Positions 1 to 10,982 of a stretch of DNA of 64,000 nt are shown here, piece by piece. The first letter of the stretch is position 1. The number at the start of each line of letters is the position of its first letter. Both the position numbers and the translations under genes were made by a program. The notes beneath the pieces were generated by a model. It ran no database searches. It worked only from the letters and a program-made list of their open reading frames with translations, and was not told the DNA's origin. The DNA comes from Octopus sinensis (taxonomy: Eukaryota), in assembly GCF_006345805.1 (NCBI RefSeq), contig NC_043002.1, positions 86,800,001 through 86,864,000 of the forward strand, given 5' to 3'.

Positions 1-1
1 G

Positions 2-620
2 GAAGAAATAATATTTAACCTTCTTCCAGATCAAGAACTCCATCATTGACATGATATTATTGCAAAAGTATTTTGTCAAAAAGTTCTGAAATTGGTTTAT
101 CTGATCACCAACACGAATATTGCCATTTTTGGACTAATTATTTGTCATATGTACACTATTTAATGGCTAAAGAGAGGCCTTCTTCGTACACATATGCTGT
201 TTTGGTTACATGAAAAAGTTTGTCTCGACCAAATTGATACCATCATTAGTGCTCAGTTACCAGATCCAGAAAGAGACCTAGAACTATTTGAAACTGTGAA
301 AATATAGATGGTTCATAGTCCATGTGGTACAATGAATTCCAATGCTATTTGTATGGTGGATGGTAAGTGCACCAAACACTATCCAAAGCAATTTTTAAAT
401 AAAAATCAAATGGGATATGATGGTTATCCACTCTACAGACGTTATAAACCATGCTAGAGAGGATTCAGAGCAAATATTAGAGTATGGTAGAATTGTCAGT
501 TAGAAATTGATAACAGGTGGATTGTTCCAATATTGTACAAAATTTTCAATGCACACATCCATGTGGAATTTTGCAATTCTGTCAAATCAATCAAATATAT
601 TTGTAAGAATGTAAATATGG
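2..620 (+). pseudogene. Helitron Rep (HUH endonuclease) domain remnant, truncated by the window start
   Basis: Frame 2 translates as ...H*HDIIAKVF...YTI*WLKRGLLRTHMLFWL...IDTIISAQLPDP...MVHSPCG...CMVDGKCTKHYPKQF...DGYPLYRR...DNRWIVP...FNAHIHVEFCNSVKSIKYICK. This matches Helitron Rep motifs (DRPDIVARVF, IEWQKRGLPHAH, MVHGPCG, DGYPxYRRR, DNRWVVPYN, HINVExCxSVKSIKY). In-frame stops at 47-49, 161-163 and later. Confidence 0.9.
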
Positions 621-1500
621 CAGTAAATGCAATGACTTCCATCTCTGTCCCTGTTCATCTCTCTTTCTCTTCCACCCTGAACTTCATTTCCCTATTTTAT
701 AATATATCTACATGTTTATTATACAACTGCTCCCCACCCCTCCTATACTGCCATTTACCACCTCCTCATCCCTAAGCTATTTTTTTACCCTTGCTTCCAT
801 ATTCATATTTACCATTAACCACACCACTACCCTTGTACATTTTTCACTAGATTAACCTTTACTTCCATTATTAACCATATATCATTCTCTTTTAATAGTC
901 TTTAACTCATTTAAATGCCTTTGCAATCCCCAGTCCAAATTCTTTCTTTACTCACCTACTTGTAGATCGAGAGTATGCTCTGATATCTTGTCACCAATAT
1001 CTGTATCTTCTTTCCAGTTTCTCCCACCCACTCTTATATAATGCAAGGTAGCCATGTGTCTCTTCTGTAGCAAGACATCTGTATTTGTCCCTCAATTATA
1101 CTTTAGCCTCTCGACACCCAGCATAAAGCTACCTCCCCATTGACTACAAGCCCACTCAGTCAAGGGTGTTTCTTCCTTTTCTTTGTCTTGCAGGTTACTT
1201 GCCAACCTCATTAATGCTAGTGTCATGTGTAGACACTGATCATTAGCTATGCAAAATGTCAGCAATGCCAATGTATGAGGTTATTGAACCAGTTGTCAGC
1301 TGCACCTGGGTTCACACCCATGAATTCCATGCTTATCATAATGCCCTCCTACTTGATTGGGCATTGTAAGGTCTCCTTGATGGTACCCTCACTAGCCTTG
1401 CCTGATTAGGAGGATTGCTAGAAAATCCAGCAGGACTTAAAACAAGACCTGTCAAAAGGTGGGATGAACCTAGTGTAGGTTCAGCAATTATCTGCAATAG

Positions 1501-1534
<34 letters not shown>

Positions 1535-1550
1535 TACACACACGCACACA
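1501..1550. repeat. (CT)n(CA)n microsatellite
   Basis: Seen directly. Confidence 0.95.
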
Positions 1551-1589
1551 CAACAAAATGTTTTGTCCAAAATTGGCTTAGACCACATC

Positions 1590-2790
1590 TGACTTAATTG
1601 TACTACTTGAAAGGTTCTTTTAAGTCATTTTCAGTCAAGTTGTGTGGCATCATACTCCATTCAAGTAGGGGGCTATTGTTGACTGAGATGTATCCAAGTA
1701 TTGTTGGTTTGTCTAGTATTCCCTGAAAAACAATTAGTTCAGATATCATTTAACAGCTTGGTAATCTTTTTCTGCTTTGATTTGTTTTGGGTTATAATAA
1801 ATAAAGGTGGGCCAATTGAATAAAATTAATTGTGCTGCAATGTGGTTTTATGTTGTGGACCTGATTTGTATAGGAAGTATATGGGAGTGGGCCTTAAATG
1901 AATTATGAACTTGATGTTAAGGTCATTTGGGCAATGCTGGTGGTATGTTCTCCATATTGTACAAAAGATGTATAGACATCCAAAGTTTTAAGACAATTCC
2001 ATCAACCAAGATCAGTTGTGCCATTTATTTTTTTGTCATTACTCCCTGGGGTGTCACAATTCTCAGAATTTTATGTTTGGTATGGGAAGACAGGAGACAA
2101 CAGTATTATAGGAGTGACTATATAAAGGAGGAAACTGGGATGATGACATCTGGCTCTCTGAACTGGAAAATCATCATCATCATCATCGTTTAGCATCCGC
2201 TTTCCATGCTAGCATGGGTTGGACGGTTCAACTGGGGTCTGGGAAGCCAGAAGGCTGTACCTGGCCCAGTCTGATCTGGCAGTGTTTCTATGGCTGGATG
2301 CCCTTCCTAATGCCAACCACTCCGTGAGTGTAGTGGGTATTTTTCATTTAGCTGTGTTTGATGACATATGAGATTTATTTATAGACATCATGAAAAGTGA
2401 ATGCAGCACAGTCCTTTGGAGAATCTCGCTTGTGACTTTTGTTGAGCTTTAGTGGACTTCATCGATCAAAACATGTTGGGCTTGTTCAGCAGGAAATACT
2501 TGATCTATTGCAGCAGTTTTCCACAGATTCCAGTATTGGACAGATTGATCAGTAGGATGTTGTGGTTGACATTGTCAAAGGTTTGCTGCAGACAAGTTAT
2601 CTAACATCAGTTATGCTCGCTTTCAAAACTGTCAGGATGTCATTAAAGTGATGTAGAAGCTGCATTAGTCACTGTTGTAATGAAAGCCTTGCTGGTTGGA
2701 ATTTAGGAGATTGTAGCTCTCCAGGAAGCCAGTTATTCTTGATCTTATCACACTTTCAAATATTTTGATGAAGTGAAAGGTTGGGCTGTG
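1590..2790 (-). mobile_element. Degenerate CR1/L2-clade LINE (RT and C-terminal region), interrupted at 2171-2344
   Basis: Minus-strand translation with frameshifts gives IKIFESVIRSRITGFLE..NLLNSNQQGF, FDNVNHNILLINLSNTGICGKLLQ*IKYFL, VTSEILQRTVLHSLFMMSIN, then REPDVIIP..SLL*YCC, KKING..LG*WNCLKTL and KPTILGYISVNNSPLLEW. Confidence 0.75.
2171..2344 (-). mobile_element. RTE-LINE-derived 3' tail (ends in (GAT)n)
   Basis: Reverse complement of the 3' end of the RTE element at 33550-35113 (...ACCCATGCTAGCATGGAAAGCGGACGTTAAACGATGATGAT). Confidence 0.85.
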
Positions 2791-3434
2791 TGTATGAGGT
2801 CAGAACAAAGACTTCCAGTAGCAGCCCCTATTTGTCCTCATTGCCTCTTTCCCTGTCACCATTGGACTGATGAGATAAGTGTGATGATAAGGGTATTGGT
2901 GTCTTGGTTTGCCGAACAATCTTGGGCATGGTTTGTGTAGAAACAGTCCCACACTATCATCCCTCAAACTTGTACTGGTCTGGTGTAACAAGTGCCATGA
3001 GCCCAGTAGTTATCAGGAGTCAGAATCTGCATGCAGTTTCTTTCTCTTGGACGAGCAGCTAAAGAGTTCAAAGATCTCATCTACCCAGAGTCCATTGCAG
3101 TGCATGATCTTCTTCCAGAGACAAGCTAAATAACCAAGAGCTGGGATCCTGACAGATGTTACTACTCCAGGTCAGAGTTAACCTAGGAACAATAGAGGCC
3201 AAGAGGTGGTTCCGCACCCCTCAAAACTCAAGAATTCACGAACCAGGGCTTCACTACTGGATGCAGTTTAAAGTCATACCTGGGGCAAACACACACACAC
3301 ATGCAGTACTTCATAAATCAGAAATGAAGCATCCTCTTAGAAGGTTCTTTGTTATGAATGGTCAGAGAGTGACCATTGGTTTCGCATCTATTAAGCTGAC
3401 CAGCCATAACAAAAAAAAAAATCTTCAAAGTATA

Positions 3435-3657
3435 TACAAAGGGGTACTGAAAGGTTTCTGGCTTGCAGGGTAATGTGAAAGACCTGGTTGGAGGCCCAAC
3501 CTTCCAAGTTCTTTTACAGGGCTTAGAAAAACTTAAGGACAGTTGCAATAAGTTTGTCAATCTTAGAGGGAGGTATGTTAAATAAAATCATAAGTAACTG
3601 GTCATCCTGTATTTTCTTTTACCCAAAGTCAGGATCTTTACAGCAACCCTTCATGTA
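3435..3657 (+). mobile_element. Mariner-derived MITE
   Basis: Imperfect ~30 bp TIRs (TACAAAGGGGTACTGAAAGGTTTCTGGCTT / AAGTCAGGATCTTTACAGCAACCCTTCATGTA) with TA ends. Internal QGLEKLKDSCNKFVNLRGRYVK* resembles a mariner transposase C-terminus. Confidence 0.7.
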
Positions 3658-3675
3658 TGTGTGTATATGTATATA

Positions 3676-3767
<92 letters not shown>
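3658..3767. repeat. (TA)n microsatellite
   Basis: Seen directly; about 85 bp of pure TA preceded by TG/TA. Confidence 0.97.
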
Positions 3768-3770
<3 letters not shown>

Positions 3771-4444
3771 CATGACCTTCGAACATTAGGCCTCACCGAG
3801 GCAATGACTAGTGACCAAGACTTTTGGTAATATACTGTGCTTGAGAAGACCCGGCAAGCCAGATGAGACCATAACCTCGTGGTCTATGCCAGGGGTGTAA
3901 CCATCCCACTTATGCATACCTTTCCTTCATTGGACACTAACTAACCTCTGCTTGTGAAGACCTGTTGAGGCAAGTGAAATCAAAATCAAATTTTATGACT
4001 GGCATCCGTGCTAGTGGAGCGCTAAGAGCACCATCCGAGCATGATCGTTGCCAGAGCAGCTAATTGGCTTCCATGCCAGTGGTACATAAAAAGCACCATT
4101 TGTGTGTGATCATTACCAGCGTCGCCTTACTGGCACTTGTGCCAGTGGCATGTGAAAAAACATTCAAGCGAGGTCGTTGCCAGTGCCACTGGACTGGCTC
4201 CTGTGCAGGTGGCACATAAAAATCACCTTTTGAGCATGGCCATTGCCAGTACTGCCTGACTGGCCCTCGTGCCGGTAGCACCTGCTACACTCTCGGAGTG
4301 GTTGGCATTAGGAAGGGCATCCAGCTGTAGAAACTCTGCCAGATCAAGATTGGAGCCTGGTGCAGCCATCTGGTTCACCAGTCCTCAGTCAAATTGTCCA
4401 ACCCATGCTAGCATGGAAAGCGGACGCTAAACAATGATGATGAT
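3768..4444 (+). mobile_element. 5'-truncated RTE LINE (last ORF codons, 3' UTR with internal repeats, (GAT)n tail)
   Basis: [31 protein letters not shown] matches the end of the ORF at 34226-34666. Repeated GTGCCrGTGGCACrTAAAAAGCACC units and the same terminal tail. Confidence 0.9.
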
Positions 4445-5360
4445 ATATACATACATATATTATGAATATGTTTATATATATATATACACACACATATATA
4501 TACATGTATATATATATATATACACGTGCCCCAGCATGGCCACAGCTCATTAGCTGAAACTGGAAAAATCAAAATCATATACATATATTATGTATATATG
4601 TGTAATTATTGAAATTCTGCATCAACTAAACAAAACAGCTGTCATATTTACATTTCTTGTAAACTCATAATTCTACACATTTGCAGACTAGCAGGATAAG
4701 AAATTTCTTATTTAAACACACACAGGTAAACTTGGCAACAAGAGAGACATCCAGCTGTAAAATATTATCTGAAATAAAATCTTTTTCAGCTCCTGTCAGC
4801 ATTGAAAAAGGGATGTAAAACAAATGGTTGTACTTGCTCTGCTCCATCTTCAATACTGAATAGGTCTAATGGGAAAAGGCACTTCAATAATACTGAATAT
4901 CATTATAGCAGTCTGGTGTCTCTGAGAATTTCTCATAGGTTAGTCTGAGGAAAGTTAGTGTCCAATGACTGCTCAGGCTCCCTTAGTCTGTGAGACAGGG
5001 TTTAATGTCTAACACTCCTTGTGAATTGTTGTAGGACAAGAGAGAGATGCCTCCTGCATGAAAATTCATAGTAAAAAGAGTGGTCATATATCTGATGTTG
5101 CAAACAAAGCCATTTTAATAAATGAAAATTATATCCATAGTGATGAGAATAGTAACTTTCTAAATGATTAATTCTGATTAAAAAAAACAGGGGAGACAAC
5201 CTGACATCTTATTTAAATTGAATATGGAATGTTATTAACCTTTTTTGTTTCCATTTTTCTGCTGAAATGCACTGCCTTTGTTACAATTAATTTTGAAAAT
5301 AATGAAAAATTTATCAAAATAATTAATTTAATTATTTAAGCTGAAATTTTTATTATTTTT

Positions 5361-5556
5361 TTTATCCTTTACTTGTTTCAATCATCAGACTGCGACCATG
5401 CTAGGAGTACTAATTGACCCCCAGTACCTTTTTATTTTAAGCTTAGTACTTATTCTGACTCTTTTGCTGAACTGCTGAGTTAGAGGAATGTAAACAAACC
5501 AACTCTGGTTGCCAAGAGGTGGTAGGAAATCAAACACAAATACAAAGACACACATA
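5361..5556 (-). mobile_element. tRNA-derived SINE, 3' part
   Basis: Similar to the 3' half of the copy at 63331-63687 (TTTACTTGTTTCAxTCAT...GCGxCCATGCTxGAG). Confidence 0.7.
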
Positions 5557-6150
5557 TCATCATCATTTAACATCCATTTTTCCATGCTGGCAAGGGTTGG
5601 ACGGCTTGACAGGAGCTGGTAAGGTTAGGGGCCGCACAAAGTTCCATAGTCTGTTTTGGCTTGGTTTCTACAATGCCGAACACTCCACAAAGTGTACTGG
5701 GTGCTTTTTTATGTAGCACCAGCACCAGTGCTTTTAAGTGGCATCAGTACCAGTGCTTTTAATGTGATACCAGCTTTTTATGTGATACCAATGCTTTTTA
5801 TATGGCACCTTGGTTTTAGGATCTCAATTCTGTTTTGGTGGGTGGGTCTTCTCGAGTACAGCAATGTGTCACATATCTCAGTCCTCTGTCATCTCCTTTG
5901 TAAGGTTCAGCATTTCGAGATCAGCCACCAGTACTTTGTCTCATGTCTTCCTGGGTGTCCCTCTTCCAGAACTTCTCCCCACTTTAAAGTGATCAACATT
6001 TCTTCATGCAACTGTCTTCATCCATCTGTATCACATGACTAAACCAGCACAGTCTCCTCTCTTGCACACTGCATATAATTCCTCTCATGTCCAGCTTCTC
6101 TCTCAATACACCAATGCTCTTTCATACATGTACACTGACATCACACAATA
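5557..6150 (-). mobile_element. 5'-truncated RTE LINE
   Basis: Minus strand: LREKLDMRGIICSVQERRLCWFSHVIQMDEDSCMKKC...RKTxDKVLVADLEMLNLTKEMTED. (CAT)n at the left end. Confidence 0.85.
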
Positions 6151-6470
6151 GTTTCTATCTATCTTTATTTTACCTTTTTTTTTTAGTCAGGAGGAAAGGC
6201 AGTGCCCATGATGCTGCATAGGGCCTCCAAAACTGGTGGGGGAGGGTGGAAGGTATCCTTAAACCAGAAGCCTGACCTGAATGCTTGTGAAGGATTGGAC
6301 TCTGTTAAAGCTACCCAAAGTGCCAGATGGTGTTAAACTTAGTGATGGATTAAGTCTACCACCTTAGTAGGTCGCAGGGGAATATGAACTGAGAAATCAA
6401 AGAGCTAGAAGATATGCCACAGGGTGTCCAGACTGGCATTCTTTCAATTGTGTTCAATCCTCAGCTTGAG

Positions 6471-6605
6471 ACTGGTATTTTTTTAATTGACTCTGAAAGG
6501 ATGAAAGGCAAAGTTGTACCTTGACAGGATTTGAACTCAGGGCACCAAGTGTCAGAACAAATACCATAAAGCATTCTGACCCTCCAACAACTCTACCAAT
6601 TCACT
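6471..6605 (-). mobile_element. SINE fragment (family with TTTCATCCTTTCGGGGTCGATAAA core)
   Basis: GAAAGGATGAAAGGCAAAGT...GGATTTGAACTCAG; reverse complement of the copies at 7571 and 62074. Confidence 0.65.
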
Positions 6606-7570
6606 GTCTAGGATTAGTAGTGTTAAATACTAACTTTGAGTTACTATTTGGTTAACATGAATGTAGAGTTCCTGTTTGACAAATTCTCAAGACTTATTCT
6701 TGTTATGTTATCATTATATTTTTTACCTTCCCAAAATAACTCTGCTGGACTAAGATTAGTTAATATTTCAGCTCATCTGATCCTATGTTCTGCCTCTTTC
6801 TCCATTAGATTTATGATCTTGCCCTTTTGCATCAAGCAATAAAAATGTTATTGATTTTTTCAGGCAGTAACTCATCTACCTAAAAGGTTATCCTAAAAAG
6901 TCATCTTCCACTCAAAGATATAGGTGGTGCGGTTTTTATCAAGATTCTTTCTTTTTAGTTGGTAAGTCAAATGTAAGCATATTAAATATCTAGAGTTCAA
7001 AAAAAGCATCTTTCTATTTAGTTATTATAAAAGAAGAAAAAAATATATATAACTTCTGTAATAAAGATAGTTGCTCTTACAAAATTATTCAAGTCTTAAA
7101 ACTAAATTTTATTGAATATAGTTTCACTGCATATTATCTAATTAAAGCAATGTTTTTATAATAAACTTCAGTTGTTCATTCTCATAATTTTATCTACTCA
7201 CAAGTATAAAATATTCTGTGAATTTTAGAATTACTAATTAAAAAAAATATTTGATATGCTATCATGTTAGATATTTTGAATGCAAATGTGTGGCAATTAC
7301 AATAATGAAAAAAAAATGTGTTTAAATTTATATTTTGCATGTCAAATCACATCATTTACTAAGGGAATTAAATGCTTTAAAATCTAATAAAAATCAGATT
7401 CCAAGAAAACTAATGATAGCCTGCCTTAGCTAAAAATCGGTTTAAAAAAAATCATCAAATTGAAATAAGTTAGTATGCCATGGAAAGGTATGAGTTTTGT
7501 TTTGGACACTGGCTTTTTTAAAGAGAAAAACTAGAAATTTACAATTTTAATATCCATCAAGTTTTTAAAG

Positions 7571-7770
7571 CAGCAAGCAGGCAGAATTGTTAGCATACCA
7601 AACAAAATGCTTAATGATATTTCACCTGTCTTTACATTCTGAGTTCAAATTCCATTGAAATCGACTTTGCATTTCATTCTTTCAGGGTTGATAAAATAAG
7701 TGTCAGTCAGGTAATCAACTTACTCGTCTTCCTGAAATTGCTGGCCTTGTGCTAAAAATTGAAACCAATA
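7571..7770 (+). mobile_element. tRNA-headed SINE; core resembles the Deu/Nin-type domain (from memory, unverified)
   Basis: GGCAGAATTGTTAGCA (A-box-like), GAGTTCAAATTCC (B-box-like), GACTTTGCATTTCATTCTTTCAGGGTTGATAAAATAAG. Related copies at about 19840-19985, 61300-61467 and 62074-62262. Confidence 0.7.
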
Positions 7771-8549
7771 TCTATCTAGTTTTTATATCATATTATTTCA
7801 AGCTCAAATCCTGTCAGTCAACTCATTCTTCATCTCTCCAGGATCAATAGAGTTATTAATACAAATGGTAATGCTGAGATTCAGTCACTTTCAGCTTACC
7901 ACACAGAAAATTATAAAAATTATAAAAAAGAAATTAATTTGCTCAATTATTAACAATTAAGTATTTCTCCATTGACATAGAACCTAAATAAGTTTGATCT
8001 TATTTTCTCCAACAGTTAGATTTTTCTTTAAATCTATAATTATAAAATTAATTTTAAAATGCTCAATATGCAGCAATATAAAGAAGAATATGGCAAAAAT
8101 ATAGTTTTATTGCATATATGTAGTAAGATGATGGATTTTTATAGCACAATAAAGCTTTCTAATTTATGCACAGGGGAAAAAATAATAATAATAAAATTGT
8201 TTGTTAAAGGTTTAAAATTCTATTTACAACCACTGCCATGGAGATCTATGATCTTTGGGCAACCTATTGACTTTGGAAATAGATCTACTTTGAAACTAGC
8301 TGTCAGTTTCGTACTATTCAATATTAAAAAGCATCCAGCGACGAAATGTACCCTACTAAAGCTTATATTTGAAGACCTAGTCAACCTGCTTAAATATGAG
8401 GAGAATGAATACATAAGAAAGGAAGAAAAACTTTAACAAGGAAATATTAATCAAACTTTTTTCGTCACGTTAGGCGATAACCTTGTCGTCGTTGAATTTT
8501 GTCACATCAGGACGTTTCGTGTTGCCGAAAGTTAATACCTGCAGACTGT

Positions 8550-8740
8550 TGTTGTTTAGCCCCAGGTCAGCTTTGACCTAGTAGATTTATGATCAAAGTC
8601 ATTCCAGTCTTTCTCAATGTGTAGAGAATCTAGGACCGGAGTATTCAACGCGTTTTCTCCCCTTTCCTTCAGATGATAGGGTGTAATTTGAGGGAAAGTT
8701 GGCTGCTCTGTCAAACAGGTCAAGCGACCATATAGAGACA
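8550..8740 (+). mobile_element. Short interspersed repeat (TTGTTTAGCCCCAGGTCAG family)
   Basis: Related degenerate copies at about 14025-14190 and 57470-57880 share TTGTTTAGCCCC..., GTGTxATTTGAGGGAxATTTGG and CTAGCAGG motifs. Confidence 0.55.
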
Positions 8741-10169
8741 GTTAAGTTTGAAGAATTCTTTCAATGCGCGATGCTGTGCACCGATGTGAAATATATTTTA
8801 GGTTTTGTCAAGGCAGAACCGGAATATGTGGAAGTTCGAGAATCGAAGAAGTAGCTGTGAATATAAGATTCATTAAAGCACGGATTGCAAAAGAACGCAA
8901 GACTCGATGTGGAGTTTTGACGAAAATGGCTCATTCCAAAACTCTGCATTATAGAAGAATTATCTGACACAGTAAAGACACTAAAATCAAGTTATTAGAA
9001 TTGAATGATAAATACATTCGTGAAATATAAAAAAAAAAAATAGATAAAGTTTGTATAACTGAAAAAAAAAAAAGACTCTCGTACAGAATCAATACAAATT
9101 AATCAACGGAAAAAAGGTAAACATTAAAGCGTGTATAGTGATGGTGATGATAATGATGATAACAGAAGCATGTCGTTTTTCACAATTATTTTATTTATCT
9201 AACTCCATTAGAATATAATCAAAATATGAGAGATTCTTCTAAGGTAAACGTTGCGTTGTTGTAGAGATAACATCTCTAACAGATCGTATGTTGCATTCTG
9301 ACATAAATTTGAGGCCAGATGATATGACATGGTTTGTGTTTACACAGCAGCAGTCACCTGAAGCTAGATAGATTTGATGTGACAGTGAATATTTTATAAC
9401 TGATGTAGAGATAAATAAAAATTTTTTAAATGGTTTGTTTCGAGATATTTATATCAGATTGAAGCGACGAAAGATAAATCTTTACATTACAAAAATCGCA
9501 ATGACAACGTTCAAAACAACCTGAAATCTTTTACTTCAGTAAGTCAAAATAGATACTTTGTATATGAATCACTAATGTAAATTTATTGGCACTTTTTCAG
9601 AAAATGTTGGATTTTTCCCATGACGGAAATTATACGAGAACATGGGAGATGAGCGTTAGATCGTAAAGTTTTGAAATATGACATAGAATCATTAATGTGG
9701 GAGTATGGTCGTAAATAGGAGATATGACGAAACAGAATTATTAATTAGTAATAATGAAACGAAAGAGTCCCATCTGAAGTGACACTTAAAATAATGGCAG
9801 ATAGATGATGATATAAGACTATTATTAACACAAGCCATCAGTTGACTGAGGCTAAAATTCCAGTGTTTCAGTAATTAAAGTGTCATTGGTTTAAATTATT
9901 GTCACACCTTTAAAGAAATAGTTTTCCTTTCCCCCCCATCGTCTCTATTTTACATGATAATTACGATATATTTTACAAAACGTATTGAAAAGCGAAAAAA
10001 AAAAAGTTTTCGTCTACCCATTCATATATAGTGTAAATCTTTTAGATGTAAAATATTTTAATAGTAAATTCAATTTTTTTTTTTCTAAAAACGTAATCTC
10101 CATCCGCATTTTAACCGTAACGTGTGTATTTGTATTTACCAAAGAGAAACAAGAGTCTTACATTAGGAA

Positions 10170-10670
10170 CATTTGATTGGTCAACGATGACATCACTCTG
10201 CTTATAGAGGGGGGCGGCACTCTGTCTATTTTGGAATGATACATTTTTGTTTTGCTTTCCCATTTCTTCTTTTTTTCTCTTAAATTTATATATATTCTAT
10301 ATTCAAAATTGAAAGTATGTATTTATACGATCATCTTTACTTCTGTCGCTCATTTCAAAACCCTACGTACTTCTTTATGCGTATTTATCCTAATTTTCCT
10401 CTCCCTTTTCACCTCCTCTTCTCTCTTTTTATCTCTCTCTCTCTCTGTTTATTAATTTCTTTCCGTTGCTCTCTCTCTCGCTCTACATTGATTCCTGCGT
10501 TCGTTTTCTCTCCCCTTTCTCTCTCTTGTCCTAGTCTTTCACTTGTCAGACACTCCTCCGACTACTCCTCGTCATGTTTTCTCCCCTCTCTATGTAGCTC
10601 ACCACAGTTAGAGCGTGCGCAGTGCCTATCACTGTCGTCAGCACCGCCAGTACCGCCATGTTGAGACGGT
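10170..10670 (+). promoter_or_regulatory. Putative promoter/TSS region of the PPM1A/B gene
   Basis: Reverse CCAAT box (ATTGG 10176-10180), TGACATCA (10188-10195), GC box GGGGCGG (10211-10217), a long CT-rich tract and an exact YY1-type CCGCCATGTT (10653-10662). All lie in a CpG-retaining domain, and the only gene nearby is the downstream + strand PPM1 exon that needs an upstream non-coding exon. Confidence 0.55.
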
Positions 10671-10982
10671 TATGGAAGATATTACTCTTACTACAGCCGT
10701 CACCTCCGAAAGTTTACCCTCACCTATCACTGCTGCACCGCCCTTCTAAGATTTTTTGACGTCGACAAAAACTACTGAAACGACATTATCTCGGAAGAGA
10801 TATTCTTCCTTCGTTGTGGATATAAACATTAGCAACAAACATACAACACTACATCCTTAAACGCAAGCGAGTCCGTCCGACAATCCATCATTTTTCCCCT
10901 TCTACTTGGGATTCGAAAACGACAACAAAGTAGCTACGCTTAAAAAAATTACAGATCGAAAGGAAAAAAAAAAACCCCCAAT
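10600..10982 (+). other. Putative non-coding first exon (5' UTR); boundaries uncertain
   Basis: CpG-rich segment after the YY1 motif ending at a plausible donor AAT|GTATGT (GT at 10983), followed by T-rich intron-like sequence. Vertebrate PPM1A/PPM1B also have a non-coding exon 1. Confidence 0.35.

Noticed and set aside
620-1490. Pyrimidine-rich and repeat-like sequence after the Helitron remnant
   Set aside because: Looks like interspersed repeat, but there is no second copy in the window and no translatable motif, so it could not be classified.
3900-4300. Repeat-spacer-like pattern suggesting a CRISPR array
   Set aside because: Units are degenerate, spacers are related to each other, the array is part of an RTE 3' UTR in a eukaryotic genome, and there are no cas genes.
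8059-8436. 125-aa ORF
   Set aside because: AT-rich, no recognisable domain or splice context; compatible with chance.
8761-8970. Overlapping plus and minus ORFs in a CpG-rich patch (possible divergent gene exon)
   Set aside because: All frames were translated and none resembled a protein family I recognise.
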